A stretch of 45,757 nucleotides of DNA from Dehalococcoidia bacterium (GCA_034432015.1 DAOUCL010000123.1:1-45757); one strand, 5' to 3'; positions 18,597 to 26,026 are shown, numbered from the stretch's first letter. The notes: generated by a model not told the origin, from the letters alone. A program made the numbers and translations.

Positions 18597-19580
18597 TCAG
18601 AGCCAGCCCACCGACCGGTACCAGTCGTAGGTTAACTTAAGGCCCTGGTCCAGGCTAACCTCGGTCCGAAAGCCCAGTTCGGCCTCAATCCGGGTGGGGT
18701 CGCAAACCCAGTCGCCCGCGGTCATCTCCACGGCTTTATCGTAGCTAAAGGCCGTGGGCCGGTGCCGGGCCCGGGCCACCAGGTCAGCCAGGCGCCCGGC
18801 CAACCGGAAGGCCCAGCCCGGGGCCGGAAGGGTGGGGCCGGGGCGCCCCATAACCTCCCCAATGCCCGCCGCCAGGGCCCTGAAGGAGTAAGGGGCCGGG
18901 TCGGCGATGTGATAAATGCCGGCGGCCCGGGGCGACTCGGCCGCCAGTAGGATCCCCCGAACCAGGTCGGCGACGTAGATAAGGCTAAAATGCCGCTCGG
19001 TACACAGCACCGGCCGCACCCCCAGCTTCACCACCCGGAAGTAAAGGAGCCCCTCCCCGTCCCGGGGGCCGTAAACGATGGGGGGCCGCAGGATGACCCA
19101 CCCCACCGGCGACTTTCCCATAACCTGCTCCTCGGCCAGCCGCTTACTCTTGCCGTAAACGCTTACGGGATTTGGGGGCTCGGCCTCGGTCCGGGGCGCC
19201 CCGGGGCGGGAGGGTCCAGCGGCCGCCAGACTGGATAAAAAGATGAGCTTGCGGCAGGAGCCGTCGGCCCGGCCCAGGGCCCGGAGCAGGTTGGCCGTTC
19301 CGGTCACGTTAACCTCGAAAAACTGACGCGGATGGAGGGCCCGGGTAAGGCCGGCCAGGTGAAAGACCACTTCGGCCCCCGAGAAGACCCCATCTAGGCT
19401 CTCCGGCACGGTAAGGTCGGCCGTCACCAGCTCCACCGGCAGGCCCCTAAGCCAGTAGGCTCGGGCCGGGTTGCGGACGGGGCAGCGAACCCGCCAGCCC
19501 CGGCGGACGAGGGCCTCCACCAGGTGGCTGCCGATGAAGCCGGTCGCCCCGGTTACGACGCAGACCGGTGAGCCGCCCAC
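18597..19580 (-). CDS. NAD(P)-dependent SDR of the extended epimerase/dehydratase-reductase family (HpnA/dihydroflavonol-reductase-like)
   Basis: 327 aa with the Rossmann motif VVTGATGFIGSHLV and the catalytic YGKSK (YxxxK). Its start lies 3 nt after the stop of the upstream alpha-oxoamine synthase. Confidence 0.85.
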   Translation of the reverse strand: MGGSPVCVVTGATGFIGSHLVEALVRRGWRVRCPVRNPARAYWLRGLPVELVTADLTVPESLDGVFSGAEVVFHLAGLTRALHPRQFFEVNVTGTANLLRALGRADGSCRKLIFLSSLAAAGPSRPGAPRTEAEPPNPVSVYGKSKRLAEEQVMGKSPVGWVILRPPIVYGPRDGEGLLYFRVVKLGVRPVLCTERHFSLIYVADLVRGILLAAESPRAAGIYHIADPAPYSFRALAAGIGEVMGRPGPTLPAPGWAFRLAGRLADLVARARHRPTAFSYDKAVEMTAGDWVCDPTRIEAELGFRTEVSLDQGLKLTYDWYRSVGWL

Positions 19581-19583
19581 GGC

Positions 19584-20786
19584 CTAATCCTGGAGGAGGC
19601 CCACTTCCCGGGCGGTCTCGGCCACGGCGGCGAGCATCCGCTCGAGGTGTTCGTCGGTGTGGGTGGCAATGCAGCTGGTTCGGATAAGCTCAGTGCCGGG
19701 GGCGACGGCCGGGGCGACGGCCGCATTTACGTAGATGCCCCGGTCGAAAAGGCCCTTCCAGAAGCGGCCGACTTTAAGCTCGTCCCCAATGATAATGGGG
19801 ACAATGGGGCTCTGGCTCCGGCCGGTGTTAAGGCCCAGCCGCTCGAAGCCCTCTTTAAGGACGCGGGCGTTATGCTGCAGCCGCCGGAGCCGCTCCGGTT
19901 CCCGCTGGATGATACGGAGGGCCGCAAAGGCCGCCGCGGCCGAGGCCGGGGGAATACTGGCGCTGAAAAGGAAGGAGCGGGCGGTGTGTTTGATGTACCA
20001 GATAACGTCGGCCGGGCCCGCCACAAACCCGCCGGTCGAGGCAAAGGACTTAGAGAACGTGCCCATGATGATGTCCACCTCATCGAGCAGGCCGAAGTAT
20101 TCGGCGGTGCCCCGGCCGGTGGGGCCGAGGGCGCCCAGGCCGTGGGCGTCGTCAAGGAAAAGCCGGGCCCCGTAACGCTGTTTCAGTTCGACGATGTGGG
20201 GCAGGTCGGCCAGGTCCCCCTCCATGCTGAAGACGCCGTCCACGATAATAAGGACGCCGTGGTCTTGGGAATACTGTTCCAGAAGCCGCTCCAGGTCGGC
20301 CATGTCGTTGTGCCTGAAGCGGACCGTCTGCCCGAAGGAAAGGCGGGTGGCGTCGACGATGGAGGCGTGGTCCGCCCGGTCGATGAGGGCCACATCCCGG
20401 CGGCCGACCAGGGCGGAAATGGCCCCCAGGTTGGTCTGGAAGCCGGTGGTGAAAACCAGGGCTGCCTCCTTGCCGAGCCAGCGGGCCAGCTCGGCCTCGA
20501 ACTCCTCGTGCAGGTCCAGGGTACCGTTGAGGAGGCGGGAGCCGGTGCAGCTGGTGCCGTACTTTTCGACGGCCTTAATGGCCGCCTCGACCACCTCCGG
20601 GTGCTGGGTAAGGCCCAGGTAGTTGTTAGACCCGAACATAAGCATTTTGCGGCCGTTGATGACCACCTCGGGGCCGGCCTGGGACTGCAAGGGAATAAAG
20701 TAAGGATACATCTGTTGGGCCTGGGCCAGCTGAATGGTGCTGGCCCGGCCGAACTGCCGGCACTTTTCAAAGACGTCCATCGACAC
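19584..20786 (-). CDS. PLP-dependent alpha-oxoamine synthase, serine-palmitoyltransferase-like
   Basis: 400 aa. Contains NNYLGL, GSRLLNGT, DDAHGLG, the PLP-lysine motif GTFSKSFASTGGF, and YVNAAVAPAVAPGTELIRTS. From memory, these motif variants are closer to bacterial Spt (GSRMLNGT, GTFSKSVGTVGGF) than to Kbl (GTLGKALGG) or BioF (TFGKGFG). Confidence 0.88.
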   Translation of the reverse strand: MSMDVFEKCRQFGRASTIQLAQAQQMYPYFIPLQSQAGPEVVINGRKMLMFGSNNYLGLTQHPEVVEAAIKAVEKYGTSCTGSRLLNGTLDLHEEFEAELARWLGKEAALVFTTGFQTNLGAISALVGRRDVALIDRADHASIVDATRLSFGQTVRFRHNDMADLERLLEQYSQDHGVLIIVDGVFSMEGDLADLPHIVELKQRYGARLFLDDAHGLGALGPTGRGTAEYFGLLDEVDIIMGTFSKSFASTGGFVAGPADVIWYIKHTARSFLFSASIPPASAAAAFAALRIIQREPERLRRLQHNARVLKEGFERLGLNTGRSQSPIVPIIIGDELKVGRFWKGLFDRGIYVNAAVAPAVAPGTELIRTSCIATHTDEHLERMLAAVAETAREVGLLQD

Positions 20787-20886
20787 CTCCTCTGGGACTC
20801 GACTTCTCAGAAATTTACCGTACTAATACTACTTGATTCGGCCGGGGCTGTCTTTCGGTCCGCTGGGGGGATGCCCGCCGGCCCGT

Positions 20887-20916
20887 TTGACTCCCGGCGG
20901 CCGGCGCAATTAATAT
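20887..20916 (+). promoter_or_regulatory. Putative sigma70 promoter for the small basic-protein ORF
   Basis: TTGACT (20887..20892), 18 nt spacer, TAATAT (20911..20916). The ATG lies 20 nt downstream. Confidence 0.5.
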
Positions 20917-20935
20917 TCTTTTCGGTGAGCGGCCT

Positions 20936-21097
20936 ATGGGCATGAGCGAGCGCTACCGGAAGGTGCTCCGCAAGCACCGCAAGAAGCGTAAAAAGCTGGA
21001 GGAACGGCGTCGGCTGATGCGCCTCGGCCTGTGGCCCCCGGGCCAGCAAACCGCCGGATCGCCCGCCGCCCGCCAAGCCCCCCGTCCCGCCGTTTAG
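20936..21097 (+). CDS. Small Lys/Arg-rich protein (53 aa), possibly bS22/AURKAIP1-like ribosomal protein
   Basis: My own translation gives MGMSERYRKVLRKHRKKRKKLEERRRLMRLGLWPPGQQTAGSPAARQAPRPAV. It is absent from the ORF track, apparently too short to be listed. The basic core resembles the actinobacterial bS22 peptide (as I recall it, [33 protein letters not shown]). It has its own promoter. Confidence 0.4.
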   Translation: MGMSERYRKVLRKHRKKRKKLEERRRLMRLGLWPPGQQTAGSPAARQAPRPAV

Positions 21098-21126
21098 GCT
21101 GGTTCGGCCGGCCCTCTGGTTAAGGG

Positions 21127-22458
21127 ATGGTTGAGTTCGGTTCGAATTCCCAGCAGGCCCCCCGTTTTGCGGTGGCCACCCTGGGCTGCCGCCTTAACCA
21201 GGCCGAATCCGACGAACTGGAGCGGCGGCTGGCGGCCGCCGGCCTGGTGTCGGTGGAGCCGGAGGATGGGGCCGATATTTACGTGGTCAACACCTGCACC
21301 GTTACCCACATCGCCGACCGGAAGGCCCGCCACCTCATTCGGCAACTAAAACGGTCCAATCCGGGGGCCATCGTGGTGGCCACCGGCTGCTACGCCCAGG
21401 TCGCGCCCGGAGAGCTTCTGAATATGCCCGAGGTGGACCTGGTGGTGCCCAACCGGGAGAAGGACCGGCTCCCCGACATCGTCCTGGGGGAATGGACACA
21501 GCGGTTCGGGCCAATTCCCAGCCGCCTGGGGGACCTGGCCGTGGGGGCGTACACCTGGGTGGACCGGCCGGGGCGGGCCCGGGCCCTTTTAAAGATTCAA
21601 GACGGGTGTAATTATGTTTGCGCCTTCTGCATCGTCCCCCGGGCCCGCGGCCGGCACCGGTCTGTTCCCCTGCCCGAGCTGGTGGAAAAGGCCCGGCGGT
21701 TCGCCGCCGAAGGCTTCGAAGAGGTGGTCCTGACGGGCGTCTGCATCGGGGCTTACGGCCTGGAGTGGGATGGTCGGCCCCACTTTTATGAGCTGGTCTG
21801 CACCCTCCTGGCGGATACCCCCATCCGCCGGATACGTTTCTCTTCCATCGACCCGGCCGACTTCGACCTGCGCCTGCTCGACCTTTTCCCCAACGACCGG
21901 CTCTGCCGCCACTTCCACCTGCCCCTCCAGAGCGGCAGCGACGGGGTGCTGGCCCGGATGCGGCGGCGGTATACGGTCCGGCAGTACCGGGAACTGGTGG
22001 ATGCCATCCGGTCCCGGGTGCCGGGGGCGTCCGTGGCCGCCGACGTCATCGTGGGTTTTCCGGGCGAGTCGGAGGCCGACTTTGAGGCTACTTACCGGCT
22101 GTGCGCGGAGCTGGGGTTCGCCGGCCTGCACGTCTTTCGGTATTCGCCCCGCCCCGGGACCCTGGCCGCCCGCTTTCCCGACCAGGTTCCGGAAGGGGTC
22201 AAGAAGGCCCGGAGCGAGCGGCTTATCGCCCTGGCCGAGGAGTCGGCCGCGGCCTTCCGAAGGGCCCAGGTGGGCCAGATTCTTGAGGTGGTCGTGGAAG
22301 GCCCGGCCGAGGTGGGCCCCGGAGGCGGCTGGTGGGAGGGTTTGAGCGACAACTACCTGCGGGTTCGGTTTCCGGCCCCCGAGGCCGCCGTCGGCCGGCT
22401 CCGTCGGGTCCGGGTTACCGGCTGCGAGGGCGATCTGCTGGCGGCCCATCCCGTTTAA
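21127..22458 (+). CDS. mtaB: tRNA (N6-threonylcarbamoyladenosine) methylthiotransferase MtaB (radical SAM MiaB/RimO family)
   Basis: 443 aa. N-terminal UPF0004 domain (FAVATLGCRLNQAESD, YVVNTCTVT), radical-SAM motif CNYVCAFC, and a C-terminal TRAM-like region. Confidence 0.9.
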   Translation: MVEFGSNSQQAPRFAVATLGCRLNQAESDELERRLAAAGLVSVEPEDGADIYVVNTCTVTHIADRKARHLIRQLKRSNPGAIVVATGCYAQVAPGELLNMPEVDLVVPNREKDRLPDIVLGEWTQRFGPIPSRLGDLAVGAYTWVDRPGRARALLKIQDGCNYVCAFCIVPRARGRHRSVPLPELVEKARRFAAEGFEEVVLTGVCIGAYGLEWDGRPHFYELVCTLLADTPIRRIRFSSIDPADFDLRLLDLFPNDRLCRHFHLPLQSGSDGVLARMRRRYTVRQYRELVDAIRSRVPGASVAADVIVGFPGESEADFEATYRLCAELGFAGLHVFRYSPRPGTLAARFPDQVPEGVKKARSERLIALAEESAAAFRRAQVGQILEVVVEGPAEVGPGGGWWEGLSDNYLRVRFPAPEAAVGRLRRVRVTGCEGDLLAAHPV

Positions 22459-22469
22459 AGGAGGTCCGA

Positions 22470-23099
22470 GTGAACGTCTTTAACCGGGTGGTTGTGGTCC
22501 TCCTCCTGCTGTTGTTTATAAGCTGCACGCTATTGGCCATCCTCGCGGCAATGGTCGCCCCCGTCCAGGCGGCCACGGCCCTTTCAGACTTTTCCCGCAA
22601 CTGGCTCGCCGAATTCTTTAGAAACCTGACTGAGGCCACATTCGAAGAGCGGCTGATTTTCTTTCTTTTTGGGGGTTTTTTGGCCTTTATCGCCTTTGTC
22701 ATCCTGGTGCTGGAGCTTTTACCGGGGCGGCCGTCGGGGGTGAAGCTGGCCGGGGTGGCGGGGGAGGCGGTGCTGACGGCGGAGGCCATAACCCAGCGCC
22801 TTAAGTATGAACTCGAAAGGATCCCCGGCATCCGGGAGGCCCGGCCAAAGGTGCGTCCCCGGGGCCGGCAGGTGGATGTGGAGCTGGAGCTGCGCCTCGA
22901 GTCCGACGTAGACGTCGCCCCCAAGACCCAGGAGGCCGTCGAGGTTGCCCGCCGGGTGCTCACCGACCGCCTTGGGGTTGCGCCCCGACAGGTCCGGGCC
23001 TTTGTCCGGTCGGTGGAGCGGCCCCGGCCGGCCCCGGCCGCCGAGCCGGCTCGGCAGGAGCCGACCCCGCCTCCGCCGCCGGCCGAAACCCCGCCGTAA
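22470..23099 (+). CDS. Membrane-anchored Asp23/AmaP-like envelope-stress protein with Pro-rich tail
   Basis: GTG start 8 nt after a GGAGG RBS. N-terminal TM (VVVVLLLLLFISCTLLAILAAMV), a second TM, then an Asp23-like segment (VLTAEAITQRLKYELERIPGIREARPKV...VDVELELRLESDVDV...). The family assignment is by pattern only. Confidence 0.5.
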   Translation: MNVFNRVVVVLLLLLFISCTLLAILAAMVAPVQAATALSDFSRNWLAEFFRNLTEATFEERLIFFLFGGFLAFIAFVILVLELLPGRPSGVKLAGVAGEAVLTAEAITQRLKYELERIPGIREARPKVRPRGRQVDVELELRLESDVDVAPKTQEAVEVARRVLTDRLGVAPRQVRAFVRSVERPRPAPAAEPARQEPTPPPPPAETPP

Positions 23100-23108
23100 G
23101 AGGCTCCC

Positions 23109-23651
23109 TTGGGGCCGGAGCAGGTTATCGAGGCCCTCCTCTTTGCGGCCGGCCGGCCGGTCTCGGTGGAACGTTTGGCCCGGGCGGCCGAACTGTCTAT
23201 TGAGGATACCCGGGCGGCCCTCGACCGGCTGGAAGGGGCCCTCGGGGGCCGGGGAATTCGGCTCCAGCGTTTCCGGGACACGGTGGCCCTGGTCACTGCC
23301 CCCGAGGCGGCCCCGGCGGTCCGCCGCCTCTTCGACCTGGAGCCGCCGCCCAAGCTGTCCCGGCCCCTGCTGGAGACCCTGGCGGTGGTGGTCCTGCTGC
23401 AGCCCGTCACCCGGGCCGAAGTGGACCGGGTTCGGGGGGTTTCTTCCGACCGGGCATTGGCCCTGCTGGTCGCCCGGGGGCTGGTGGAAATCGTCGGTCG
23501 GGCCAAGGGGCCGGGTCGGCCGGCCCTTTACGGCGTAAGCCGCCAGTTTTTAGAAACCTTCGGCCTTGAATCCCCCGAGGCCGTGGCCGGCCGCTTCGAC
23601 CCGGAAGGCAAGCTCCGGCGCCGGCTCCGGGAGCTTCGGACTCCGGTCTGA
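23109..23651 (+). CDS. scpB: Segregation and condensation protein B
   Basis: 180 aa. Contains VIEALLFAAGRPVSVERLA and ETLAVVVLLQPVTRAEVDRVRGV...GRAKGPGRPALYGVS, the two winged-helix ScpB motifs. No scpA gene is adjacent. Confidence 0.88.
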   Translation: MGPEQVIEALLFAAGRPVSVERLARAAELSIEDTRAALDRLEGALGGRGIRLQRFRDTVALVTAPEAAPAVRRLFDLEPPPKLSRPLLETLAVVVLLQPVTRAEVDRVRGVSSDRALALLVARGLVEIVGRAKGPGRPALYGVSRQFLETFGLESPEAVAGRFDPEGKLRRRLRELRTPV

Positions 23652-23655
23652 GCCT

Positions 23656-24138
23656 TCAGTCGCCCGGGTATTTTTGGGCCAGCAGGTCGGCCACGGCCTC
23701 TAAAAATATCCGGTCCGCCGGCCCGAAGGGGTCCAGGAGGTTGCTGTCGATGTCAATCTCGCCCAGAACCCGGCCGTTGCGCTTGATAGGAACCACGATT
23801 TCCGAGCGGGTATAGGGAAAGCAGGCCAGGTAGCGGGGGTCTCGGCTCACGTCGGGGACCACCACCGTCTGGCCGGTCTCGGCCGCCAGGCCGCAGATGC
23901 CCCTGCCAATGGGAATCCGGACGTGCTCGGTGGGTTCCGGCCCGTCCCAGGCCAGGAGGACCAGCTGGTGGTGGATCACCCAGTAGATGCCCACCCACTG
24001 GTACTTGCCGAAGGCATCCCGTAGCCGCCGGACGGTCTCGGTCAGGGCGGTGGCCCAGTCCTGGGCACCGGCAATGGCCGCCTTAAGCTCGGCCAGCTTG
24101 GCCGCGTACTCGGGCGGGAGGGCCTCAGGGGTGCTCAC
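23656..24138 (-). CDS. msrC: Free methionine-(R)-sulfoxide reductase (GAF-domain fRMsr/MsrC)
   Basis: GRGICGLAAETGQTVVVPDV...YLACFPYTRSEIVVPI...LGEIDIDS aligns with E. coli YebR/MsrC, including both active-site Cys contexts (GxCG and IAC). I chose the GTG at 24138, which overlaps the upstream stop as GTGA. The track's longer N-terminus is Pro/Arg-rich junk. Confidence 0.8.
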   Translation of the reverse strand: MSTPEALPPEYAAKLAELKAAIAGAQDWATALTETVRRLRDAFGKYQWVGIYWVIHHQLVLLAWDGPEPTEHVRIPIGRGICGLAAETGQTVVVPDVSRDPRYLACFPYTRSEIVVPIKRNGRVLGEIDIDSNLLDPFGPADRIFLEAVADLLAQKYPGD

Positions 24139-25538
24139 CGGGCCGCCTCCGGGAGGGGCGCTGGGCTTCCGGCCAGGAGGCCGCTCAACTCCCGGATATC
24201 TGGCAGGTCCCGCAGGTTCTGAACGAGGCCGATGAGCCGGCCGACGGCCTCGGGGCCGAGGGCCCGCCCGGCGCAGTCCCGGAACTTGGCCAAGAGTTCG
24301 TCCCAACTTACCGGGTTCTTCGGGTCTCCCTTGGGCTCCTCGACCCGCCGGCTCAGGACCCGGCCGTCCTTCAGGTAGACCTTAACCAGGGGGATGTCGG
24401 CGCCGCTGCGGAGGTCGTCCTGAAGGCCGCTGCCCACGGGCAGGGATTCGTGCCAGACCCGCTTCACCCTGGCCATAAGGGCCCGGACCTCCGGGCGGTT
24501 CACCATCCCGTCGGTGAAGGTTGCTAAGTTAATTTGCCGGTCGAGGATGGCCGCGGCCAGGCAGTATTCGATGCTGAATTTTCCCTCCAGGCCCGTCTGG
24601 GGGGAGGTGTGGATGAGGGGGGTCCCCACCGGGGAGACCAGGACTTCGACCGCCTCCACGTCTTCGGGCCGGAAGGGTTCGGCTCCCAGCAAAAGAAAGA
24701 CGGCGTCCAGGGCCCGGTGGGTCTCAGCGCAGCAGGGGTAAACCTTGACCGCGATGCCCGGGTCCAGCACCTGCCAGCGCTCCCCTAAACCCCCGGCCAG
24801 GGCTTCGGCCTTTATCGGGCCGCCGGCCGCGTAGACGGTGAGAAAGCCAAGGGGCCCGTCCAGAATCGAATCGTCGGCGGTGAATCCCAGGCCGGCCAGG
24901 GTCGCCGCCTCGACCCCGACCCGGGCGGCCAGGCCGGCGTGCAGGGGCTTGGTCATGGTTCCGAAGTTTTTCTTAAGGCCGGAGGCCATGGAGGCCGCAA
25001 TCCCCAGGGCCCGGCAGGTCTCTCCGGGGCCGAGGCCCAGCAGGCGGGCGCACCCGGCCGCGGCGGCCAGGGCGCCCAGTGTTGAGGTGTTGTGCCAGCC
25101 CGCAATGTAGTGGGGTGCGCCGATGGCCTCCCCCAACCGCCCGGCCACCTCGTCGGCGATAACGTAGGCGGCGAGGAGTTCCCGGCCCGAGCGGCCGGCG
25201 GCTTCGGCGACGGCAAAGAGGGCGGGCAGGGTGGGGGCGCTGGGGTGGCCCCGCAGGGAGTGCTGAACGTCGTCGTAATCGAGGGCATGGGCGGCGGCGC
25301 CGTTTATCAGGGCAGCGTAGGCGGGGGTGCTGCGCCGGTTCTGGCCCCAAACCGCCGACCCGGCGGGGAGGTCGGGGGCGAGGCGGGCGGCGAGGGCAGC
25401 CGGGGGCTCGACGGCCCCGGCCAGGGCAACCCCCAGGGTGTCCAGGACGGCCCGGGTGGCCGCCTCGAAGGCGGGGGAAGGGATGCGGTCGGCGGGGAAG
25501 CCGGCGATAAACTCGGCTAAGGCCTGGGTGACGGCCAT
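24135..25538 (-). CDS. MmgE/PrpD-family protein (2-methylcitrate dehydratase-like)
   Basis: About 467 aa. Begins MAVTQALAEFIAGFPADRIP (typical PrpD N-terminus) and contains DYDDV and HPS motifs. I chose the ATG at 25538, which has an [11 protein letters not shown]. Confidence 0.88.
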   Translation of the reverse strand: MAVTQALAEFIAGFPADRIPSPAFEAATRAVLDTLGVALAGAVEPPAALAARLAPDLPAGSAVWGQNRRSTPAYAALINGAAAHALDYDDVQHSLRGHPSAPTLPALFAVAEAAGRSGRELLAAYVIADEVAGRLGEAIGAPHYIAGWHNTSTLGALAAAAGCARLLGLGPGETCRALGIAASMASGLKKNFGTMTKPLHAGLAARVGVEAATLAGLGFTADDSILDGPLGFLTVYAAGGPIKAEALAGGLGERWQVLDPGIAVKVYPCCAETHRALDAVFLLLGAEPFRPEDVEAVEVLVSPVGTPLIHTSPQTGLEGKFSIEYCLAAAILDRQINLATFTDGMVNRPEVRALMARVKRVWHESLPVGSGLQDDLRSGADIPLVKVYLKDGRVLSRRVEEPKGDPKNPVSWDELLAKFRDCAGRALGPEAVGRLIGLVQNLRDLPDIRELSGLLAGSPAPLPEAAR

Positions 25539-25568
25539 GCTCACCCTCCTTTGTGGAATCGCCGGCTG

Positions 25569-25598
25569 ATTATAAAGCAGGGGATACTGGCGGGGCAA
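25569..25598 (-). promoter_or_regulatory. Putative proximal promoter for the MmgE/PrpD gene
   Basis: On the minus strand: TTGCCC (25598..25593), 18 nt spacer, TATAAT (25574..25569), about 30 nt upstream of the ATG. Confidence 0.4.
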
Positions 25599-25630
25599 AA
25601 AAGTAAATGGGTCAAGAGATTTGAGACAGG

Positions 25631-25957
25631 AGGCATCCCGTCCGGGTGCTCGGCCGGCTGGTTTCGCCGGCGCACCTCGCCCGGAAGGATGCTGGCGCCT
25701 TCGGCGCTATAAAGCTTACGGCGGGCTTAGCCGCCTGAACTAAAAAGTTCGGGGAGCCTTTCGGCTGCCGGGTCGCAACCTTGCGGCACCTCAAGCAACT
25801 GTGACCGCTACCCGACCCGTTTCCGGGTCGCAATTTCGGTCCCTGGTTGCTCGAGGTCGCCTTTCGGCCCGTTCCCGGTCAGCCTACTTGGCTCCCCGAA
25901 TCGCCGGGGTACCTGCTGGATTTTTAACCGGGTTCCTTTCGTACTACCGGCCCCGGC
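25631..25957 (-). ncRNA. Candidate structured RNA of unassigned family (independent ncRNA or long cis-regulatory leader)
   Basis: The transcript would start at about 25957, directly downstream of a near-consensus promoter. Nested helices:
- 25957-25951 / 25909-25903
- 25897-25890 / 25758-25751
- 25884-25874 / 25772-25763
- 25856-25846 / 25799-25789
- Terminal hairpin 25829-25814
- A rod hairpin of more than 20 bp, 25692-25633

Several GAAA loops and one GCAA loop appear only in the minus-strand reading. No credible ORF is present. Confidence 0.45.
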
Positions 25958-25963
25958 AACACT

Positions 25964-25992
25964 ACTTTAGCAAATCCGGCCCGGCTTGTCAA
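25964..25992 (-). promoter_or_regulatory. Near-consensus sigma70 promoter driving the structured RNA
   Basis: On the minus strand: TTGACA (25992..25987), exactly 17 nt spacer, TAAAGT (25969..25964). It lies 35 nt downstream of the rimI stop codon. Confidence 0.6.
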
Positions 25993-26026
25993 TACCCCCG
26001 GGCGGAAGTTTTCCACAAGTTTCCGG

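Noticed and set aside
19584-20786. Calling the alpha-oxoamine synthase + SDR pair an ordinary kbl-tdh (threonine degradation) or bioF locus.
   Set aside because: This is not fully excluded. However, the PLP-lysine region (GTFSKSFASTGGF) and GSRLLNGT match Spt-type enzymes better than Kbl (GTLGKALGG; SVRFICGT) or BioF (TFGKGFG), as I recall those sequences. I keep it as the explicit refutation test in the finding.
25631-25957. Whether the structured RNA is RNase P RNA, tmRNA, SRP RNA or a known riboswitch/ribozyme.
   Set aside because: - Size and GNRA richness suggested RNase P, but the universally conserved GAGGAAAGUCC (CR-I) is absent. Only a loose GAACCCGGUUA similarity to the P4 3' strand exists, and it lies at the wrong (5') end.
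- There is no tRNA-like T-arm/CCA end or tag ORF, which rules out tmRNA.
- There is no GGAAGCAGC/GUCAGGUCC, which rules out SRP.
- Short resemblances do not extend to the full consensus cores: c-di-AMP (CGGGGAGCCAAG, GUAAGC), cobalamin (GGUUAAAAAUCCAGCAG) and glmS (AGCGCC..., GGAUGCCUCC).

I therefore leave it unassigned rather than naming a family.
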